DNA from: Isurus oxyrinchus
Lineage: Eukaryota
Assembly: GCA_026770705.1 (NCBI GenBank)
Contig: JANJGN010000042.1
Coordinates: 2,604,001 to 2,668,000, forward strand
DNA: 64,000 bases
Reading direction: 5' to 3'
In this document: one piece after another, positions 27,278-36,024 of the stretch
Position numbering within the stretch: position 1 is the first letter of the stretch
How the letters are laid out: the number at the start of each line of letters is the position of its first letter
Position numbers and translations under genes: made by a program
Notes under the pieces: generated by a model
Database searches by the model: none
What the model saw: the letters and a program-made list of their open reading frames with translations, nothing else
Told to the model about the DNA's origin: nothing

Positions 27278-28039
27278 CAGGAGGACTTTAAAAATCTGAT
27301 TAAAAGTCAAACGGTGTGGAAGCACTGACTCTGTTTCTCCCTCCAGCTATTGAGTTTTTCCAGCATTTTCTGTGTTTGTTTCAGATTTCCATCACTCGCA
27401 GTGATTTGCTTTTAACTTTTTACTTTTACATCTTCCTGCCCAAAAAAACACCAACTAATCACTGCAGCTCCTGTGAAATGTACAAGACAGATATTCACCA
27501 CCGAAAGCAACTGTCACACATCAAATTCAAAGCACTTTATTGTTACATTTCTTCCTGCTTCTGACCCTGTTCCCTCTGCCCGTCCAGCTCCCAGGTCAAT
27601 GAGCTGTAATCAGTATCTGGGAGAACCAGGAACATGAGAAGGTGTCTCTTTACCCACGAGTTTTACCCATTCCCACCAATTGGCTGTGTCTGCATCGAGC
27701 AGCTCATTGACCTGGGGGCTGGATGGGCAGAGGGAGCTGGAGGCGAGGCAGGGACAGAAGCAGGAAGAAATACGACAATAAAGTGCTTTGAATTTGATGT
27801 GTGTCAGTTGCTTTCAGTGGTGAATGTCTGCCTTGTAAGTTTCACAGGAGCCACAATGATTAGTTGCTGTTTTTTAAGCAGCAAGATTTAAATGTAAAAA
27901 GATAAAAGCAAATTACTGCGAATGATGGAAATCTGAAACAAACACAGAAAATGCTGGAAAACCTCAGCAGCTGGAGGAAGAAACAGAGTCAATGCTTCCA
28001 GACCGTTTGACCCTTAATCAGATTTTTAAATGATAGCAG

Positions 28040-28112
28040 TGGCCAACGTGGGGCTCGAACCAATGACCCTGAGATTAAGGGTCTCATGCTCTACCGACTG
28101 AGCTAGCCAAGT
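28040..28112 (-). pseudogene. tRNA-Lys(CTT) pseudogene
   Basis: Minus strand acttggctagctcagtcggtagagcatgagacccttaatctcagggtcattggttcgagccccacgttggcca; A and B boxes intact, acceptor and T stems broken. Confidence 0.8.
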
Positions 28113-29089
28113 ATATAAAAAGCTGCCCTGTATCCCAACATACATGGATAAACCTGTTGCGTTCCACCTGATACCTCAGCCTGGTCAGAAGTTTAAAGTG
28201 TGGAACGTAATCTGCCTACAAAAGCCCCAAGGTTGCAATGCATTACCCTCAATCATCAATAACAACATTCACATCTTCCACTTCTTAGCTGCACCTCCTT
28301 CCAAATACTGTGATCGATTTTCCTCAGGATTTTCCCCTGCATTTAATATTCACCTGCTTTGTGTCCTCATTTTGAAATCAGGTTCACTTCATTACCCAAT
28401 ACAAATTGAATTACAAACCTGACGGACAAACAATGGAAAACAAGTCACTCGGTAACACAAATCCCATGGTGCTCATTTTCAGATTCACAACAATCAGCTT
28501 TTCAATAAAATGAAGGAATTTTACAGTGAAAAGAATTAGAAAGTTGGTGTGACTTTTATTTGTGACTCACTCACTCGGGTATTCTGTAAAAGCTGCTTGG
28601 AGATTTAGTGATCGGGATATAATCTACCTGTGTTTTCCTGAGCCTGTGCTCGGTGTATTGGGAGGTTTGGCCCTGGCTGGAGTACCTTGTGTCCCAGGGA
28701 TGGGCAGTAACCTGCTGATTGAAGCTGCAGTCGCTGCTTTCTGCTGGCAGCGGGTGATTGGAGAGTGCGGGGCCGGAATATTGCCGCCTTGCTGCTTTTC
28801 CCTGTCTCACTCACTGTGGAGCTGAGGAAGACTGAGTAATTGAGGGGTTCGTTTGATTCCAACAACTTCATGGATTTCTGGTGGGTTACAGAGTGGGTCC
28901 AAATCTTTTCTCATTGTATTTGACAAAAAACGTAATTTTTTTTTTAAAGCTGTTTTTGTGGGAGCTCACTGGATAACAAAATACCTGCCACCGTTTTGGG
29001 GATGATATCTTGCAGCCCAAGTACCCAATGACAAGCCAGAACTGGGTGGCAATGATTGGTGATGAGGCGGAAAAACAGTAAAACCTTTC

Positions 29090-29163
29090 ACCCCCTGGGT
29101 GGTTCTGAAACACCTAACTTTCAGTTAACAGGCAAAAACGCTAACCAATTGTGTCACAGATAC
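29090..29163 (-). pseudogene. tRNA-Asn pseudogene
   Basis: ccctgggtggttctgaaacacctaactttcagttaacagg...gctaaccaattgtgtcacagatac. Confidence 0.7.
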
Positions 29164-29834
29164 TTACACAAAGCTAACTGACAAGGTATCCCAACCAAGG
29201 TGTCAGTGAGTCTAATCTTCAGATTGCCACTACCCAGCTGGCTGTCGCACTCTATCCATTTTACACTTACAAAATAAAGGATGAGACATTCATTATGGAT
29301 ACATGGAAACAGTCTGATCCCACCCACTGCAGACACATCCATGTCACTGTGAACCAGCTCTCCTACAACCGGTGCCATTTCCCTTCGAGCCTTTCATTGT
29401 CTTGTCTGTTACCAAGTATTCTGATTGTCCCAAAGCCGATATTAGGTTTAAATTCTTGATGTGCAGTAACGAGATTCCTTTCACTGTCTCAGATCCGTTA
29501 ATTTCACTGAGAACATCAGAATCTATGTTCTAGCGTCTTAAGGAAGGGAAAGGTGCCTTGACTTTCTCTGGTTAACTCTTTATTCGCATTGGATTCCATT
29601 CCTAAAAGGGGATTTTCATTTCCTTCTTGAGCTCCCTGACCACATCTGGCAACATTTTTAGATTCAGAGGTTTAATTAACATTTCAGATGCACTGCAGTT
29701 CTAATGAAAGGCTGCAGACCTGGAATGAAAACGATGTCTCTCTCTTCACAGTCGCTACCAGATCTGCTGAGAATACCAGCATTTTCTGTTTTTCTTTCAG
29801 ATAACTAGCATCTACAGTGCTTTGTTTTTCTTTT

Positions 29835-30220
29835 CCTGATTAGTGAAACATATAAGACCCTGAGTAGTACTTCACAGGGCGGGTTTGGGGAGGATGTTAC
29901 CTCTTTTGGGAGAATCTAGATCTCGGGATCGCTGTTTAAAAATAAGGGGTCACCCATTTAAAATGGAGATGAGGCGATTTTTTTCTCTCAGTGGGTCGTG
30001 AAACTTATGAGCTCTCTTCCTGAAAAGGCTGTGGAAGCAGAGTCGTTAAATATGTTTAAGGCAGAGGTGGATATATTCTTGGCAAGCAAGAGTGTGACAG
30101 GTTATCGGAGATAGGTGGGGTACAGATTTCAGGTGACTATCAGATCAGCCATGATCTTATTAAATAGCAGAGCAGGATTGAGGGGCCGAATGGCCTACTC
30201 CTGCTCCTTTTTCTTATGTA
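29835..30220 (+). mobile_element. CR1 LINE 3' end fragment
   Basis: Homologous to 10040-10445 (gatcagccatgatcttatt...gaggggccgaatggcctactcctgctcc). Confidence 0.75.
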
Positions 30221-30734
30221 CTGCTAAGAATGTGGAACCCATTATCAGGAGATTTTGAGATCATGTATGAGCTGAAAATGTGTAGGTAAATTCACGCTGT
30301 AAACAGATTGTTCACCATCTGGAATTGGAAAGGGATTTACTCTCATCCCATTTACTGACACAGGAATACAGTCTTGCTGATGCGAGACCATTCAGATACT
30401 TCACGTGTGCAAAGGGCTTTATTCAGTTTTCCCACAAGTTAACACTCCAACTTTATAAGTTCAAAGCATATCATCCACAATCAGAGAAATGATAATAGCA
30501 TGACACAGTTTAAATGTTCCACGTATAGGGGGAAAAGTCACGAGCTCACCCCATCTGCTGAGACTGCACTGAGTTCAGATCTAACTGTAAGATTATTATG
30601 TCCAGGAGAGAATTGTGGTGGAGCCTTGAGCAATTTGGCCACTGCATCAATTGCTTCAACAATTTTATCTTTTGTCCCTATGTCACCCATCGTATTCTGA
30701 ATACAGGACATAGGTTTCTGTTCTATAATATGGT

Positions 30735-31150
30735 CTTTCAATGGCGGAGCGGAGACCCAGGATTAACTGCGAGACAGAATGTGCCCGATCCTCACTCCAG
30801 CAGCTCCGTGCGCGTGCGCATTGCTGCTTGTGGTGGGGCATGCGCATTTCATCTGTTTCATGAGCATGCGCAGTGCTGGTCTGTGACTGAAGCTGCTCAG
30901 AGCGAGTGAGAATGTCGAGCCGAGCAAACTAACAGAGTTCGTGGGTGTGTGAGGAGGAATGGAGCCAGCGGAGTGGGCACGGAGACTTCATGAAGATACA
31001 GTGCAGGCCGCACACCCCAAATAACAAGGTACCGGTCTTGGGTTTGCAGAGAACCGGCCGAAAAAGTCTGGATTTCTCCCTTCGCCAGGCCCGGGGTAAC
31101 GGCCGCCATCTTTATAGGGGGTGATGTGCAGCAGGGCGCATGCGCGGTCA
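30735..31150. promoter_or_regulatory. CpG-rich housekeeping-type (probably bidirectional) promoter with NRF1 and YY1 motifs
   Basis: TGCGCGTGCGCA at 30809, GCATGCGCA twice in 30835-30875, GCGCATGCGC at 31136 (NRF1-like); GGCCGCCATCTT at 31101 is the reverse complement of the YY1 consensus AAGATGGCGGCC. Confidence 0.6.
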
Positions 31151-31169
31151 TCCTGGTCCAGGTAGCAGG

Positions 31170-31462
31170 AGGAGAGAATGTTGTGACTTTCTATCTTGGA
31201 CTGACAGGGATGGAGTTTGGAAACTCCTTTTACAGGGGGTTAGAAGGGGAGGATTTACACACAGCAAACTCAAACCAAGAGAAATGTTTGTCTCTTCTCA
31301 ATTTATTTTCGGGATTGACAATGATGGATTTTGTGAACTCTGTTTACAGGGTGTTAGAAGAGGAGGGTAAACCTGAGGGAGATGAGAAACCAAAACCAAA
31401 CATCACGTCAAAATCTGAAAGTCACCTGTTTCACCAGGACCTGAATATCACCAGCCTTTGAA
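31170..31462 (+). pseudogene. Remnant of 5' exons of a shark C2H2 zinc-finger-family gene (no finger array present)
   Basis: Two tandem acceptor-like blocks (ttttacag/gggttagaaggggaggattt...ctcaaaccaa; tttacag/ggtgttagaagaggagg...ccaaacatcacgtcaa...ggacctgaatatca) resemble, from memory, the pre-finger exon of expanded elasmobranch ZNF genes. Confidence 0.4.
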
Positions 31463-32445
31463 AGTAAGCATTGAGTTCCAGGTCATTATCAGTCACTGTG
31501 TAAAATAAACTCTTCCTTGCATCCGCCTTATGGAACTTGCCCAAAATGTTAAAACTCTGTCCCTTAATCCTTTCATAATCAGCTAATGGGAACAGCTTTT
31601 ATTTAACTACCTTTCTTAATCCTGTACCCCTCTATCAAATCTTCCCTCAACCTCCTTTACTCCAAGGAGAACAACCCCAGTTTCTCGAACCTCATCTTAA
31701 AGTTGAAACCCCTCATCTCTTGAACCATTCTGGTTAATCTCCTCTGTATCCTTACATCCTTCACAATGTGTGGTGATCATTGGTTTGCACGGACCCAGAT
31801 GTTCTGTTTTTGTGCCTGTGACATCATCACACATCAACAATTACACTGTGACATCATCACACATCGACAATTACACGGTGACATCACCTGTCTCACCGGG
31901 TATTTCCTCAACTGGGAGATTTGTTCTTGACTCCAGTGTTTCTGATATCTTTCCAGCTGCGGGCTCCAGCAGGAGAGTTTAAAGTTGAAAACTGAAACTG
32001 TTTCAGAGTTGACTGTTTTTCACCATCCAACTACAATTTGGAGCTTTTAGGTCTATGTTCTGTATCTGCGAGAAGCTCCATGGCTCTGTGGCTGCTGTGG
32101 CTTCTTTACTGTGAATCTGAATCTATGTTCATCCATTGATCTGTTTCACCTCTGCCCACCCTGATCACTTCGCTGCCATTTTTTAACTTCCCCTATCTCT
32201 AATAATGGATGTGTTTGAGTTATGTTTAATATTTTACTGTTACTACTGTCGATTGTGTCTAAAGAGGTTTCCAGCACTGTCCACCTCCCCCCCCCCTCCG
32301 ACCATGTGCTGCTGGCTTCCCAGCTTTATCTTCCCACAGTATCTTTCACAGTCAGGAATTGCTTTTCCTGACCCATAGTCCATTTCTATTCCACTTCTGA
32401 GCTTATATTGACCATCAAATTCTGCACCATTTTTACTCCCTGAGA

Positions 32446-32757
32446 GGAGGCGATGGTGTAATGGTATTGTCACTGGACGTGTAATCCAGACACCAAGGAA
32501 AATATCCTGGGGACCCTGGTTCAAATCCCGTCATGGCAGATGGTGGAATTCCAATTCTATGAAAAAATTCTAGAATTAAAAGTCTAATGATGACCAATGA
32601 TTATTGTAAAAATCCACCTGGTTCACTAATGCCCTTTAGGGAAGGAAATCTGCCGTCCTTAGTCTTGGCCTACACGTGACTCCAGACCACAGCAGTGGTT
32701 GACTTTTAACTGCCCTCTGAATGCTGGCCTGAGTGATGCCCACGTGAATTTAGAAAA
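32446..32757 (+). mobile_element. tRNA-derived SINE with LINE-derived 3' tail
   Basis: A-box tggtgtaatgg, B-box ggttcaaatcc, body gcagatggtggaatt...ccctttagggaaggaaatctgccgtcc; tail tgctggcc...gcccac resembles the LINE end at 24830-24880. Confidence 0.75.
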
Positions 32758-33609
32758 ATCATTCTGCAAACCTTCAAACGTTAACTCTGTCCCTCTCCAC
32801 AGATACCAGCATCTATTGTGATCCCCAGCTGCCTGTGGAGAAGATGATGTTTGACCATCTTGAATCGCTGCAGTCCATGTGGTGAAGGTGCTCTTTCAAT
32901 TCGGCACTTTACAACCTTCCGGACTCAACATCGAGTTCAGCAGTTTCTGCACCAACAGAGAGTTGTCAGGATCTGGAACATTCCACCTGAAAAGGTACTG
33001 CAACCTGACTCTATCAGGAATTTTAAAAGGGAGTTGACAGGGATTTGAGATTGAGTAACTTACAGGTTTACAAACCGAAAGTGGTTGTGTAGGACTAAAC
33101 ACGACAGCTCTTTCAAAGAGGCAGCACAAGCACAAAGGGGTTGAATGGCCTCCTGTGCTGTAAGTTTCTATGATTCTAGGAGTTGGCATTTAGCCCCTCG
33201 AGTCTGTCCCACCATGCAATCAGATCAGGCTGATCTGTGACCCTTTGTCTCATGTCCTTTAATTTATACCTTGTGTTAATTCTCAACTAAATAGGGTTCG
33301 GCTGGACTATGCAGTCTTACCACACAAACACTCCTTGGTGTAAGTCTCAACGTCTCCCATTTAGAATCGTTCAGTGTGAAATGAAAGAGCAATATTCAGA
33401 CTGGTGAACTGAGATCCTGTGGAAAATTGATTCACCAGGAATTGTTTTAAAGTGAAGCTGCACATTTTACGATGGATTATATCTGAAATTAAGTGATATT
33501 ACTCCGAAACATTTCATGTTAGTGGACAAATATCATCGCTTTCTCTGGACAAATATCAGTAACATTTGTATGTTCTGTCCCACAGGTAGAGAAAAATGGA
33601 AATAAGAAA

Positions 33610-34000
33610 GACTTGCAGTTACACTTGCATTTCACAACCACAGGATACCTTATAGCTCTTCAAAGGCAATGAAGATTTTCTATTTCTAAATATATAATCA
33701 ACAACGTAGTGCATGGAAACGTGGCCGTGAATTCACGCACAGCAAGATCCAATACACTGCACTGCGATAAATCACCAGATAATCTGATTTTGGGATGTTG
33801 CCTGAGTGATAAATATTGGCCTTGGACACAGGGGAGATCTCTCCTGATCTTTGAAATAATTCCATGGGAGCGTTTACATTCATCTGAGAGGAATTGGACA
33901 CTTAGCACATGTGAGGTGTTTATTGGGAATGCAAAGATTCGCGCTGAATCAATTTAAAACTGAGGCTGCTTTGGAAAGAGAGTGTCTCATCCCAAAGCAT
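33610..34000 (-). mobile_element. Old Deu-domain-like SINE fragment
   Basis: gcacagcaagatcc...aatcaccagataatctg...aaatattggcc..ggacac...ccatgggagcgtttacattcatctgagagg resembles the DeuSINE (SacSINE1/AmnSINE) core as recalled; similar piece at about 43150-43400. Confidence 0.5.
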
Positions 34001-34181
34001 TAACAGACAATCTAAAAAGATACGTTTGTGGAACACGGAATATTAATGGTTAATCATCGTTTATACAGCTGGATCAGACAGGAAAAAGGAGGAGGAGCCA
34101 GGCTGTTAACTGGGGGAGGAGAGTGACTCCCATTCTCCAGCTTTGTCTCTCTCTCTCTCTCTCTTATTTGACTCTAGCCGG

Positions 34182-34190
34182 TATAAATAG
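34182..34190 (+). promoter_or_regulatory. TATA box of VH promoter
   Basis: gTATAAATAg about 97 nt upstream of the leader ATG; no perfect octamer seen nearby (only ATGCAAAG near 33929). Confidence 0.6.
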
Positions 34191-34279
34191 CGGGACGGTT
34201 CAGCTCCTGGTTCACAATCCGCAGGTGTCACTGCGACGGAGAGTCACGCTCCCAAGTCAGTTATACCCAGAGACTGAGG

Positions 34280-34325
34280 ATGGGATTTGCGCTGTGCCTT
34301 TGCTTCTTCTTGGCTTACTTCACCT
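34280..34325 (+). CDS. IGHV: Ig heavy chain leader exon (MGFALCLCFFLAYFT)
   Basis: 46-nt hydrophobic exon, phase-1 donor t/gtgagt, 125-nt intron to the V exon. Confidence 0.9.
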
Positions 34326-34450
34326 GTGAGTATTCCTGACTGTATAAGTGATACAATAAAGTCTGCTTCTTGTCTGATATCGGTTTGCTATTTCCATTCA
34401 TTGATTTGATTGGTATCTAATGTAATTACATTTTTTCCATTCGCTAACAG

Positions 34451-34752
34451 ATGTCCAATCCGCCATCGTGCTGACCCAGCCGGCCTCAGAGACCGCTAAG
34501 CCCGGACAATCTCGCAAACTGTCCTGTTCAGTGAGTGGTTTCAGTCTGGACAGCTACTATGTGCACTGGGTTAAACAAGTTCCTGGGACAGGGCTGGAGT
34601 GGCTCCTTGCTTACAGAAAACCCTCGGATACCACGTATTACGCGCCTGGAGTCGAAGGTCGAATCATCCCATCAAGAACTTCGTCCACAACTTACATTGA
34701 GATCAAAAATCTGAGAACCGAAGACACTGCGAGGTATTACTGTGCAGGAGGC
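34451..34752 (+). CDS. IGHV: Ig heavy chain V segment, germline and unrearranged, IgW-like sequence
   Basis: ctaacag acceptor; (Y)VQS-AIVLTQPASETAKPGQSRKLSCSVSGFSLDSYYVHWVKQVPGTGLEWLLAY...EDTARYYCAGG with canonical Cys/Trp/Cys; followed by a 23-RSS. Confidence 0.96.
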
Positions 34753-34791
34753 CACAGCGAACTGAACAAGCCCAGAACTCGTACATAAACC
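34753..34791 (+). promoter_or_regulatory. V 3' recombination signal sequence (23 spacer)
   Basis: CACAGCG + 23 nt + ACATAAACC. Confidence 0.92.
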
Positions 34792-35147
34792 ACAGAAGAA
34801 TAATTACAGCGAATCATAGGTCAGTATTAGCTCAAAATAGGTTAAGAGATGTGTTTGAACCTCGATTGAAAAGTTACATTTTCCAAGGAAATAAAGTGGT
34901 GAATAATAAAAACCAAAAATGACTAACTCTGTATATTAAAGAGCATAGATACCGCTTAGAATGTGCACAACTGATGACTAGGAGCCAAATGGAAATATTA
35001 ACAAATTATTAGGTGAATGGGGATAATTTTAGCCCAAAGTTCTGCTCCTGAGTAAAACTCTTGGATGAATTGCAATCAAAATCTACAAACCTTCTGCTGA
35101 CTGAAAGGTTTTATTTATACACTGACTCACAGTCAGTGTGTGAGAGC

Positions 35148-35227
35148 AGTATTTGTGCCGGCTTGTGTCACTGTGTTACTACATTGGGTCACGGTGCTGT
35201 GTATAGCGAACTCCTCATACATATATC
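35148..35227 (+). other. IGHD: D1 segment (35176-35189, ttactacattgggt) with 5' 12-RSS and 3' 22-RSS
   Basis: AGTATTTGT-12-CACTGTG / D / CACGGTG-22-ACATATATC, the 12/22 arrangement typical of shark D1. Confidence 0.88.
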
Positions 35228-35543
35228 CCAGAGAGGGAGTTTGATCAAATCTGCGATCCGTATCACAGCAGGAAAATCAAATAAAATAAATATGACCAAC
35301 AATAAGGGTTTGAAGGAACACTGAATTACGAAAAATGTATAAAAGTCTCCATTTTTTACTAATTTTGATTGTCTTGCTAAATAGGGGCACAGATGTTAAA
35401 GGCATATTTCGGTCCGTTTATAAACATAATGAAAAATTCTAACTGAAATATCACAGTGATGTATTCCTCGAGTATTCAGTATCAGGTTTCTCAGGCCGCT
35501 GTGGATTTGAATCTCTGGATTTCTCAGTTAACAGTCCGCCGCA

Positions 35544-35613
35544 TTTTTTTGTCATGGTGCGTCTCACAGTGATACAACTGGATGGCATAGCCGTTACTGT
35601 TAATGCAAAAACC
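35544..35613 (+). other. IGHD: D2 segment (35572-35585, atacaactggatgg) with 12/12 RSSs; 3' heptamer mutated
   Basis: TTTTTTTGT-12-CACAGTG / D / CATAGCC-12-GCAAAAACC. Confidence 0.88.
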
Positions 35614-35937
35614 TCATCGGGGCTAATTGATTGCATTTCGGTCGATGCATTTTGTTTTTTTACAATACAACCATTTTAACCAAAGCCCAAACTGTGCCTG
35701 GAGCTTCCCAATTGACAGGTTTCAAGAGGTGCTAGTGTGTTAATTATTAAATCATTGGCTGCTGCTTTCAATGCATGATCATCAGTTACTCTGTGAAATA
35801 CAGAAAAAAGTGTAATTTATAAACTTTAGAAATTCTTTAACAAATTTACTATTTTGATAAAGCAGGTCATGATTTTACTCTGCCTCTCCGCTCGGAATTT
35901 AAACTAATATTGAATTTCTCCCCTTGTGTGCAGAACT

Positions 35938-35976
35938 GGTTATTGTGTGACCCAGACCAGCGAATGTAACACTGTG
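35938..35976 (-). promoter_or_regulatory. J 5' RSS (23 spacer)
   Basis: GGTTATTGT + 23 nt + CACTGTG. Confidence 0.92.
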
Positions 35977-36024
35977 ACTATGCTGGCTACTGGGGACAAG
36001 GGACCATGGTGACGGTGACTGCAG
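35977..36024 (+). CDS. IGHJ: JH segment (YAGYWGQGTMVTVTA)
   Basis: WGQG motif; phase-1 donor g/gtaaga. Confidence 0.96.

Larger units (their letters stand above)
27165..28149. repeat. Inverted repeat, about 440-bp arms with about 93-bp spacer, a tRNA-Lys pseudogene at each outer end
   Basis: 27165-27606 is the reverse complement of 27700-28149 (e.g. cacatcaaattcaaagcactttattg / caataaagtgctttgaatttgatgtg). Confidence 0.88.

Noticed and set aside
31805-31886. 30-bp tandem repeat (about 2.3 copies) containing CACTGTG, with an upstream TGTTTTTGT; possible RSS or CRISPR-like array
   Set aside because: Nonamer-heptamer spacing is 30, not 12 or 23. There are no unique spacers and the DNA is eukaryotic. 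Simple local duplication.
35107-35134. Extra 12-RSS-like motif upstream of D1 (GGTTTTATT-12-CACAGTC)
   Set aside because: The coding-proximal GTG is lost (GTC) and there is no matching 3' RSS, so a third D segment cannot be supported.
35452-35458. Isolated perfect heptamer CACAGTG between D1 and D2
   Set aside because: No nonamer at 12 or 23 spacing on either side.
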